A stretch of 64,000 nucleotides of DNA from Dokdonella sp. (lineage in GTDB: Bacteria > Pseudomonadota > Gammaproteobacteria > Xanthomonadales > Rhodanobacteraceae). The translations under genes and the position numbers were made by a program. The notes beneath the pieces are model-generated. The model was not told the DNA's origin. It made no database searches and saw only the letters and a program-made list of their open reading frames with translations. Location: NCBI RefSeq assembly GCF_017744955.1, contig NZ_JAGIAG010000018.1, forward strand, positions 235,960 through 299,959, in the 5' to 3' direction. Below are positions 1-8,600 of the stretch, in pieces (positions within the stretch are counted from its first letter, which is position 1; each line of letters opens with the position of its first letter).

Positions 1-163
1 AACAGCTCTCTATGATACCGGATGCGTACCGGCAGCGCGGAGGAAACCCTGCTCCGGACGCGCGTGCGATCGCGCTCGACCGTCGCGATCCGAAGCCGTT
101 CCGCGTCTTGCACGACAACGGCTTCGGGCACGTTCGCCCTCCCCGGCCGGCCTCTCCCGAAAC

Positions 164-193
164 GACGACGCCCGGCACGGGCCGGGCGTCGTC
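164..193 (-). terminator. Putative terminator or stabilising hairpin downstream of dsbC
   Basis: Perfect 13-bp stem GACGACGCCCGGC (164-176) / GCCGGGCGTCGTC (181-193) with a 4-nt loop, 20 nt past the dsbC stop. On the minus strand only a weak GTTTCGG run follows. Confidence 0.45.
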
Positions 194-213
194 CGAAGCG
201 AGTGAGCGATCGC

Positions 214-975
214 TCAGTTGCCGGCCAGGTGCACCGTGCCGAGCGACTGCAGCTTGGACAGCATCTGGTCCGGCGGCAGATAGCCGCCGATCTTGGTGCC
301 GTCGGCGGCGAGGATCGTCGGCGTGCCTTCGACGCCGACCTGGGTGCCGAGCTTGAACTGGTCCGCGATCGGGTTGTCGCACTTCAGCGGCGCCGGATCC
401 TTGCCGGTCTTGGCCGCGGTGAACGCGGCGTTGCGGTCCTTCGCGCACCAGACCGAGACGGCCTTGTCGTACGAGGGCGTGTTCAGGCCGCTGCGCGGGA
501 AGAACAGGTAGTCGACCTCGATGCCGCGCTTGTTGTACTCGGCGATCTGCGTGTGCATCTTGCGGCAGTAGCCGCAGTCGATGTCGGTGAACACGGTCAC
601 CTTGTACTTCGGCTTTCCGCCGGCGGCCGGGAACACGATGCGCTGGTCGGCCGGCACCGCGTCGATCTTGACCTTGCTCTGCTCGGCGATGCGTGCGGCG
701 GTCAGGTCGCGCTTGTTCTGCGTGTCGTACAGCGTGCCCTGCATCAGGTACTGGCCGTCGTCGCTGACGTAGACCATCTGGCTGCCGACGATGACCTGCC
801 GATAGCCCGGGATCGGTGCCTGCTCGACCTTGTCGATCTTCGCCTGCGGCACGAGGTCCTGCAGCGCCTTGCGCGCAGCGGCGTCGGCCGGCGACTCGGC
901 GGCCTGCGCCAGCGGCGCCAGCGCGCACGCGGCGGCCAGAAGAGAGGTACGGAGAGCGAATCGGCGGAGGTTCAT
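214..975 (-). CDS. dsbC: Periplasmic thiol:disulfide interchange protein, DsbC family (active site CGYC)
   Basis: 253-aa frame from ATG 973-975. Signal peptide MNLRRFALRTSLLAAACALAPLAQA, thioredoxin block VTVFTDIDCGYCRKMH, and a GTPTIL motif. The track ORF 214..1875 is an over-extension through the next gene. Confidence 0.9.
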   Translation of the reverse strand: MNLRRFALRTSLLAAACALAPLAQAAESPADAAARKALQDLVPQAKIDKVEQAPIPGYRQVIVGSQMVYVSDDGQYLMQGTLYDTQNKRDLTAARIAEQSKVKIDAVPADQRIVFPAAGGKPKYKVTVFTDIDCGYCRKMHTQIAEYNKRGIEVDYLFFPRSGLNTPSYDKAVSVWCAKDRNAAFTAAKTGKDPAPLKCDNPIADQFKLGTQVGVEGTPTILAADGTKIGGYLPPDQMLSKLQSLGTVHLAGN

Positions 976-992
976 GGTGTTGGATTCCAAAG

Positions 993-1733
993 TCAGTTCT
1001 GCGCCACGGCGACCTGCGCCAGGCGATCGAGTTCGGCGGCGAGCTGGTCCGGCGACTGCGCGATCTGCGCCGGGATCTGCGAGCCGTCGGGAGCGAGAAT
1101 GGTCGGCGTGCCGCCGATGCCGAGCGCCAGGGCGAGCTGGCTGAGTTCCGCCACCGGATTCGGGCAGGTCGCCTTGCCCGGGTCCTGGCCGCTCATCGCG
1201 GCGGTGAATGCGCCCGGACGATCCTTCGAACACCATACTGCCTCGGCCTTCTTGTCCGCACCCGGATGGATCGACAGCGGATAGAACAGGTAGTCGACCG
1301 CGATGCCCTTCGCGTTGTAGGCCGCGATCTGCTGGTGGAAACGGCGGCAGAACGGGCAGTCGATGTCGGTGAACACGGTGATCGTGTGCTTGGCCTTGAT
1401 CGGCGCGAGCGGCGCGAACACGATGCGCTTCTCCGGACCGACCTTGTCGAGCGCGATCTTGCGCGCCTTGGCACGCGACTTCGCCGTCAGGTCGCGCTTG
1501 GCGGCGACGTCGTAGGCGCTGCCGTCGACGATGTAGCGGCCGTCCTTGCTGACGTAGAGGAACTGCCCGCCGGCCATCGCCTCGTAGAAGCCGGGAATGG
1601 TCGACTCCTGCACCGCGTCGACCTTGACGTTCGGCGCCAGCGCCGCGATCGCCTGCTTGGCGGTCTCCTCGGGCGTGGCGGCGACGGCCGTGAAGGCCGT
1701 GAGCAGGCCGAGAATGAACAGGGGAAGGCGCAT
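993..1733 (-). CDS. Second DsbC/DsbG-family disulfide isomerase paralogue (active site CPFC)
   Basis: 246-aa frame from ATG 1731-1733. Signal peptide MRLPLFILGLLTAFTAVAA, ITVFTDIDCPFCRRFH, and GTPTIL. Same architecture as the downstream paralogue. Confidence 0.88.
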   Translation of the reverse strand: MRLPLFILGLLTAFTAVAATPEETAKQAIAALAPNVKVDAVQESTIPGFYEAMAGGQFLYVSKDGRYIVDGSAYDVAAKRDLTAKSRAKARKIALDKVGPEKRIVFAPLAPIKAKHTITVFTDIDCPFCRRFHQQIAAYNAKGIAVDYLFYPLSIHPGADKKAEAVWCSKDRPGAFTAAMSGQDPGKATCPNPVAELSQLALALGIGGTPTILAPDGSQIPAQIAQSPDQLAAELDRLAQVAVAQN

Positions 1734-1922
1734 GACGACCTCGTATTTCGGATGGGGAGCGGGTTCCAGACCGGCTTCGAGCGATTCCGCTTGCATCGGC
1801 GCCGGCAGGCCTCGCGAACGCGGTACGACCGCCGACAGGGGGGCTTGGTTCCGCAAGGGCCGACGATTCTCGCACGCGCGGGGGAGCGGGGAAAGTGAAC
1901 CCTCTTGACGTTCCCGCGCGAA

Positions 1923-2894
1923 TCAGCCGCGCGGATGATGCTGCTCGTGCAGGCGCTTCAAGCCCTCCTTGGCCACCAGCGTGTAGATCTGCGTGGTCGA
2001 CAGCGAGCTGTGGCCGAGCATCAGCTGCAGCGCGCGCAGGTCGGCGCCGTGGTTCAGCAGATGCGTCGCGAACGAGTGCCTGAGCACGTGCGGCGAGATG
2101 CGCTGCGACGCGACGCCGGCGACCAGCGCGTGCTTCTTGACCAGGGTCCAGAACATCTGTCGCGTCATCGCCGCGCGGCGGTTGCTGACGAACAGGGCCT
2201 CGCTGCGCCCGCCCTTCAGCAGGACCGGGCGCGCTTCGCCGACGTAGCGCGTCAGCCAGTGCGCGGCCTCGTCGCCGAGCGGCACCAGGCGCTCCTTGCC
2301 GCCCTTGCCGAGCACGCGCAACACGCCCTGGCGGAGATTCACCTGCGCCGCGGCCAGGTCGACCAGTTCGCTGACGCGCAGCCCGGTCGCGTACATCAGC
2401 TCGAGCATGGCGCGGTCGCGCAGGCCGAGCGGCGTCTCCGGCGGCGCACGCAGCAAGCCTTCCACTTCGTTCTCGGACAGCGCCTTGGGCAGGTTGCGCG
2501 GCAGCTTCGGCGCTTCCACCAGCAGGGTCGGATCGGCGCCGACACGGCCCAGGCGCACCAGCAACCGATAGAAATGCCGCAGGCTCGACAGCAGCCGCGC
2601 GTTCGAGCGCGCCTTGTAGCCGTGCCCGCCGGTGCCGCCCTGGTGGGTGCGCTCGCCGAGATAGCGCTGCACGTCCTCGCGCGCTCCGCCGGCCAGCGAC
2701 AGGCCCTGCCGCGCGAGCCAGCGCGCATACCCTTCGAGGTCGCGCTGGTAGCTCGCCAGCGTGTTGTCGGCGAGGCCGAGTTCGGACCAGGCGCGCTCAC
2801 GGAATTCGCCGATCAGGGCGGCGTCGGCGGGCGCGATGTCGGCGCCGGCGCGGGCGGTCGCCCGCTTGCGCGCGGAGGCGGAGGTAGACGTCAT
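1923..2894 (-). CDS. xerD: Site-specific tyrosine recombinase XerD
   Basis: 323 aa. N-terminal core-binding region (LADNTLASYQRDLEGYARWL). C-terminal catalytic signature HVLRHSFATHLLNHGADLRALQLMLGHSSLSTTQIYT. xerD-dsbC synteny. Confidence 0.92.
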   Translation of the reverse strand: MTSTSASARKRATARAGADIAPADAALIGEFRERAWSELGLADNTLASYQRDLEGYARWLARQGLSLAGGAREDVQRYLGERTHQGGTGGHGYKARSNARLLSSLRHFYRLLVRLGRVGADPTLLVEAPKLPRNLPKALSENEVEGLLRAPPETPLGLRDRAMLELMYATGLRVSELVDLAAAQVNLRQGVLRVLGKGGKERLVPLGDEAAHWLTRYVGEARPVLLKGGRSEALFVSNRRAAMTRQMFWTLVKKHALVAGVASQRISPHVLRHSFATHLLNHGADLRALQLMLGHSSLSTTQIYTLVAKEGLKRLHEQHHPRG

Positions 2895-2982
2895 GGTTCG
2901 AGGCGTTCGTCGCGCGCCGGGCGCGCTTGCGCCGGCGAGCCTAAACCGTGAACCTAGCCTTCGTCACTGCCGAACGCCCTCG

Positions 2983-3420
2983 ATGACCGCGCCCCCGTCC
3001 GCCCCGCTCTGGCTGCGCTTCGCCGCCGCCGTCTACGACCTGTTCCCGCTGATCGCCTTGTGGATGCTGACCGCGGCGCTGTTCCTGTTCGCCGTGCACG
3101 GCGAGGTCGACGTCGCGCATCCACCGCCGGCCTACCATCTGCTGTTGCAGCTGGCCCTGCTCGCGGTCACGGCGGCCTACTTCGTGGTTTCCTGGTCCCG
3201 CGGCGGACAGACCATCGGCATGCGCGCGTGGCGCCTGCGCGTGGTCGGCGCCGACGGCGACGCGTTGCCGTGGTCGCGCGCGCTGCTGCGCTTCGCCGTC
3301 GCGCTGGTGTCGCTGTGCGCGTTCGCGCTCGGTTTTCTCTGGTGCCTGGTCGATCGCGACCGGCGCGGCTGGCACGACCTCGCCGCCGGCAGCCGGCTGG
3401 TACGCATGCCCTCGACTTGA
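2983..3420 (+). CDS. RDD-family membrane protein
   Basis: 145 aa from ATG 2983. Hydrophobic helices (LFPLIALWMLTAALFLF; LLLQLALLAVTAAYFVV; ALVSLCAFALGFLWCLV) and the terminal RRGWHDLAAGSRLV typical of RDD proteins. Confidence 0.75.
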   Translation: MTAPPSAPLWLRFAAAVYDLFPLIALWMLTAALFLFAVHGEVDVAHPPPAYHLLLQLALLAVTAAYFVVSWSRGGQTIGMRAWRLRVVGADGDALPWSRALLRFAVALVSLCAFALGFLWCLVDRDRRGWHDLAAGSRLVRMPST

Positions 3421-3490
3421 GCGGCGGATCGCGATCGGCCAGCGGACTCGACGCGGCGAATCGCCGCGATCCGGCGGTGCGGCGCCGGCG

Positions 3491-3955
3491 TTACGCCGCC
3501 AATGCCTGCGCGATCAGGCCTTCGATCGCGTCCAGATCCGGAATCACCGCGCGGTCGTCGCGCACCAGCACTTCCGAATGTACGCCGAACGCGTGCGGCG
3601 TCTCGTCGGCGGTCGGCAGCAGCAGCTCCGGCGTGATCGTGGTCAGGCGCGGGAAGCCTTGCGCGAGCAGGGCGATGAACGGCATGCCGGCGTTGCCGCC
3701 GAGCGCCTTCAGCACGGCGACGCGCGCGTTGCTGCGGCTTTCCTCCGCCAACGCGCCGGTCAGCATCGGGAACGAGAACAGCGGCAGGCGCCAGCCGCGC
3801 CAGGCCAGCCGCCCGAGCAGCCACGCCGGCGCGTTCGCGATGCGCTCGGGCAGCGTGTAGCTGATGACTTCGGCCACGGTCGCATTCGGCAGCAGCACGC
3901 GACTGCCGGTGACCGGCACCATGACGCCGCGGATTTCGCGCGGTAGATCGGCCAT
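3491..3955 (-). CDS. chpC: CheW-like coupling protein ChpC
   Basis: 154 aa with a CheW-like fold (LLPNATVAEVISY...PAWLLGRLAWRGWRLPLFSF). Starts 2 nt after the chpB stop and is the last gene of the Pil-Chp operon. Confidence 0.8.
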   Translation of the reverse strand: MADLPREIRGVMVPVTGSRVLLPNATVAEVISYTLPERIANAPAWLLGRLAWRGWRLPLFSFPMLTGALAEESRSNARVAVLKALGGNAGMPFIALLAQGFPRLTTITPELLLPTADETPHAFGVHSEVLVRDDRAVIPDLDAIEGLIAQALAA

Positions 3956-3957
3956 CG

Positions 3958-5613
3958 TCAGACTCCCTGCCGCAGTTGAGACTGTTTCGCTTCGGCCAGC
4001 AGTTGCTCGGCCAGCTCGCGCGGCGAGCCGACGAAGCCGACCACGCCGCTCTCGCGCACGCCGTCGACCATCGCGCTGGTCACGCAGGTGTCCGGGTCCT
4101 GCACGTAGACGCGGCCGCCCTTCGCGGCCAGGTACTGGCAGCCCTCGATCGCGTCGTCGGACATGCCGGAGAAGATGATCGCGCCGGCGGCGTCGCCGAA
4201 GCGGTCGGCCACGTCGCGCAGTACGCGGTCGATCGACGGGCTGTATTCGCCGCGCTCGGCGTCGCGCTCGAGCACGATCACGCCTTCCGCGTCGACCAGC
4301 AACCGGTGCGTCGCGGGGACCACGGCGACCTCGCCGTGGCCGATGCGCTCGCCGTGCGTCGGCAGGCGCACCGTCATCGGCGTCGCCTTGGCCAACTGGC
4401 GCGCCATCAGGTCGACGAACTCGCCGCCCAGATGCTGCGCCAGCAGGAACAGCGCCGGATAGTCGCGCGGCAGTTCGCCGAGGAACTCGCGCACCGACTC
4501 GGGGCCGCCGATGGAAGCGCCGAGCACCCAGACGCGGCGCACCTTCGCCGGTGCGGTGACCGCGTCCGGGTCCAGCCAGGATTCGCGCGGCTCCAATTCG
4601 ACCGACGCGGGCGCGACCGCTTCCTCGAGCGGAATCAACTCCAGCGCGAACGCGGATTCCGGCGCCGCGTCACGCGGCGCGGCCGTCGACGCTTCCTCCA
4701 CCGCCGGTGCCAGGAATTCTTCGGCGCTCAGCTTCTCGATGCCGAACGCCGCAGCGGGACGCGGCGCGGGCTCGGCTTCCTCGAGCATGTCTTCGAGCGA
4801 CCAGGCCGGCGAAGCGGCAGACGCCGTCTCTTCTTTGGCAGCGGCGGCTTCTTCGTCGAACGCGGCGAGCAGGGCCGGATCGATCGCGAACTCCTGCACG
4901 TCGAACTCGCCGATCGCCGCGGCGTCGACCTCGCCGAGGCCGCCGGATGTGCTTTCCAGGGCCGGCACGATCACCGGCGAATGGTTCGCCTCTTCGGCGG
5001 CGGCGCGATCGAAATCGACGAGGTCGAACGGCTCCAGCAGCAGCTTCTCCACTTCGTCGTCGGCGACTGGGGCGACTTGCTCGACCAGTGCATCGGCGGT
5101 GTTCGGCGCCAATCCCGCGGAAAGCTGGTCGACGAAATCCATCTCTTCTTCGACCGGCGCAATGTCCTCCAGCGGCGGCAGCTCGATTGCCTGCGCCGCA
5201 CGCGGCGCTTCGGCGAACAGCATGGCCTCGCGCGAGGGCACCGCCTCGGCATCGGCCGGGCGCGGCGGATCGGTGTCGGCCTCGCCGAGCACCTTGGCCG
5301 CCAGATGGCGCGCCCAGCGCGCCTGGTCCCAGCCGGACAGGCCGCTCGACACCTCGGCCTCGTTGAACACCACGCGATAGCGCGCATCGGCGAGCAGGCC
5401 GTCGAGATCGTCGAGCTGCGGACCGCCCTGCGCGTCGAGATTGATCACCACCACGTTCGCGTGCGAGCGCTCCAGCGCGGCGCGGTCGAGCGCCTGCATG
5501 GAGGTCTCGTAGACGACCGGCGCGCCGAGCGCGAGCAAGGCCTCGCGCAGATGTGCGCCGTGTTCGGGCGTGTCGCTCAGCAGAGCGACGGCGACGTCGT
5601 GGGTGCTAGACAT
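3958..5613 (-). CDS. chpB: CheB-type methylesterase ChpB with a divergent receiver-like N-terminus and a long acidic linker
   Basis: 551 aa. C-terminal CheB esterase domain (VWVLGASIGGPESVREFLGELP...LLAQHLGGEFVDLMARQL...IIFSGMSDD). Its start overlaps the chpA stop by 8 nt. Confidence 0.85.
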   Translation of the reverse strand: MSSTHDVAVALLSDTPEHGAHLREALLALGAPVVYETSMQALDRAALERSHANVVVINLDAQGGPQLDDLDGLLADARYRVVFNEAEVSSGLSGWDQARWARHLAAKVLGEADTDPPRPADAEAVPSREAMLFAEAPRAAQAIELPPLEDIAPVEEEMDFVDQLSAGLAPNTADALVEQVAPVADDEVEKLLLEPFDLVDFDRAAAEEANHSPVIVPALESTSGGLGEVDAAAIGEFDVQEFAIDPALLAAFDEEAAAAKEETASAASPAWSLEDMLEEAEPAPRPAAAFGIEKLSAEEFLAPAVEEASTAAPRDAAPESAFALELIPLEEAVAPASVELEPRESWLDPDAVTAPAKVRRVWVLGASIGGPESVREFLGELPRDYPALFLLAQHLGGEFVDLMARQLAKATPMTVRLPTHGERIGHGEVAVVPATHRLLVDAEGVIVLERDAERGEYSPSIDRVLRDVADRFGDAAGAIIFSGMSDDAIEGCQYLAAKGGRVYVQDPDTCVTSAMVDGVRESGVVGFVGSPRELAEQLLAEAKQSQLRQGV

Positions 5614-8600
5614 GATCGCGCCTCAGGATTTCCTGCACGTGACGCAACAGCTCGTCTTCCTGGTACGGCTTGCCGAGGTAGCGCTCGACGCCGATTTCGA
5701 GCGCGCGCTGGCGATGCTTCTCGCCGGTGCGCGAGGTGATCATGATGATCGGCACGCGCTGCGTGCGCGGGTCGTTGCGCATGTAGGTGGCCAGCTCGTA
5801 ACCGTCCATGCGCGGCATTTCGATGTCGAGCAGCATCAGGTCGGGGACGTTGTCCTGCAGCTTCTCGAGCGCGTCCAGGCCGTCCTTCGCGGTCACCACG
5901 TCGAGGTCGGCGCGCTCCAGCACGCGCGTGGTGACCTTGCGCATCGTGATCGAATCGTCGACCACCATGACCAGCGGTTTCTGTCGCGTTTCCGGCGCCT
6001 GTCCGATCTCGGCGTCGAGCCAGGCAGGCGCCTCTTCCAGCGCGCCGGCTTCCAGGCGCGCACGCAGCGAGCTCAGGCGGCGCACCAGCGGCGCCAGGTC
6101 GAGAATGATCACGACCGCGCCGTCGCCCATGATGGTCGCGCCGAAGATGCCCGGCACCGAACTCAGCTGCGGGCCGACCGACTTGACCACGATTTCGCGC
6201 GAGCCGACCACGCCGTCGATGCGCACCGCGGCGCGCTGGTCGCCGCTGCGCGTCATCAGCAGCGGCACCTGCGTGTCGTCGCCGGCGCGCTGGCGCGGCA
6301 GGCCGAGCAGCTGGGCGAGATCGTGGATGACGTATTCCTCGCCGGCGTAGACGTGCTTCGGATCGCCGGCGGCAATACGGCGCTCGAGATCCTCGCGCGC
6401 GATGCGCGCGACACCCTGCACCGACGACATCGGGATCGCGTAGCTGGCTTCGCCGAGCTTGACCAGGATCGCCTGCGTGACCGCCAGCGTGAACGGCAGG
6501 CGGATCGTGAACGCGGTGCCCTGCCCGGGCGTCGAGTCGATCGCCAGCGAGCCGCCGAGCTGCTTGATCTCGTTGTGCACCACGTCCATGCCGACGCCGC
6601 GGCCGGCGAGCTGGGTCACCTGCGACGCGGTCGAGAAGCCGCTTTCGAGCACGAATGCGTAGAGGTCGCGGTCCGACAGCGACGCGCCGGAGTTCAGCAG
6701 GCCGCGCTCGACCGCCTTGCGGCGGATCGCCTCGCGATCCATGCCGCGGCCGTCGTCGGCGACGCGCAGCACGACTTCGGTCGACTCGCGGCTGAGCGCG
6801 ATGTTGACCGTGCCCTCGGCCGGCTTGCCGCGCGCGACGCGCTCTTCCGGCGCCTCGATGCCGTGCGCGAGCGCGTTGCGCAGCATGTGCTCGAACGGCG
6901 CCTTCATGCGCTCGAGCAGGTTGCGATCCATTTCGCCGTGCGCGCCGTCGACTTTCAGCTGCACGCGGCGGTTGGTTTCCTGCGCCGCCTGGCGCAGCGT
7001 GCGCCGCAGGTTCGGCACCAGCGAATCGAACGGCACCATGCGCGTGCGCATGAGGCCTTCCTGCAGATCCGAGTTCACCCGCGACTGCTGCAGCAGCAGC
7101 GTTTCGGACTGGCGCGTCTGCTCGTCGAGCAGCCCCTGGATCGAGGTCAAGTCCGACACCGACTCGCTCAGCGCGCGCGACAGCTGCTGCAGCTGCGAGA
7201 AGCGGTCGAGTTCGAGCGGATCGAAGGCGCCGACGCCCTGGTCGTGTTCGCGCTGGTAGCGCGCGATGATCTGCGCTTCGGTTTCGATCTCCAGCTTCCG
7301 CAGCTGGTCGCGCAGACGCGTGACGGTCTGGTCGAACTCGACCAGGTTGAAGCGGAACGTCGAGATCTGCTGTTCCAGTCGCGAACGGTAGATCGAGACT
7401 TCGCCGGCGTAGTTGACCAGCGAATCGAGCAGGTCCGAGCGCACGCGGATCATTTCCTGCGGCGCGTGCGCGGCATCGTCGTCGACCGTCGCGCTCAGGT
7501 GCCGCGGCGCCGGACGCTGGACGGCCGGAATCTCTTCCGCCGGCCCGGCCGCAGCGGCGCGGTCAAGCGCGGACAGGCGTTCGGCGACGACGCCTTCGCC
7601 GGCGACGAGGGTTTCGAAATGCGCGATCGCGTGCGTCGGCATCGCGATCGCGCGCCGATGCGCGACGCGCTGCACGAGACCGTGCATGCGGTCGAAGCCG
7701 CGTTCGAGCGACTCGACCGCGGCGCGGTCGACCTCGCGGCGCCCTTCGCTGAGCGCGTCGACCAGCGACTCCATCGCGTGGCTGAGATCGCCGATCGGCG
7801 CGAGCCCGGCCATGCGCGCGCCGCCCTTGAGCGTGTGCAGCTCGCGCTGCAGTCCGGCGATCGGCGCGCGCTCGCGCGGCGATTCGCGCAGCTGCGCGAC
7901 CATCGCGTCGGCCTCGTCGAGGATGTCGGCGGCTTCCTGCGCGAAGATGTCGAGCAGGTCGGAGTCGATGTCGGAAATTTCCAGCGCACCGTCCGGCTGC
8001 GCGTCCTCGGCGATCGCCGCTGCCGGCGCGCCGCTCAGTTCGACGCGCACCGGCGCCGCGGGTGCCGGAGCCGCCGCTTCGGCAGGCGCTTCGTCGGCGA
8101 ACGACGGCGCGGCGGGTGGCACGAGTTCTTCGGTGAGCGGCTCCGCCGACGCCGCGAGATCGTCCTCGATCGCGTGCGCTTCGACGTATTCGTCCTCCGG
8201 CGTGCTGGCGAGAACGATGTCCTCGCTCTCGCCGCTCTCGTGCTCGATCGGCGGCGCCGCTTCCGTGGCGACGACCGCCTCGTCCGACGCGGTCGCGTCG
8301 GCATCGTCGCGTTCGATGTCGAAGTCCTCGTCGGCCGCAACCTCGTCGAAGCGGATCGACTCGCCCGGCTCGTCCGCGCGGCGCGCGTCGATCTCGTCCA
8401 GCGCCCCGGACACGTCGAGGTCGGTCAGCGGCGGCAGCTCGGCCAGCGCGGCCTCGAGCGAAAGCTCGTCCGCGACGGCCGGCGTCGACTCCGCGTGCAT
8501 CTTGCCCGGATCGAAATCCGCCAGCGAATCGATCAGCTCGCGCGGAATCGGCACCGCGTGCAGCAGGGGCTCCGCCTCGGTCGCGCGCAGCGCGCGCTCC

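Noticed and set aside
214-1875. 553-aa ORF apparently covering both dsbC genes
   Set aside because: Only the C-terminal 253 aa, from the MNLRRF signal peptide onward, look like a protein. The upstream part is an out-of-frame read-through of the second dsbC gene, which has its own frame (993-1733).
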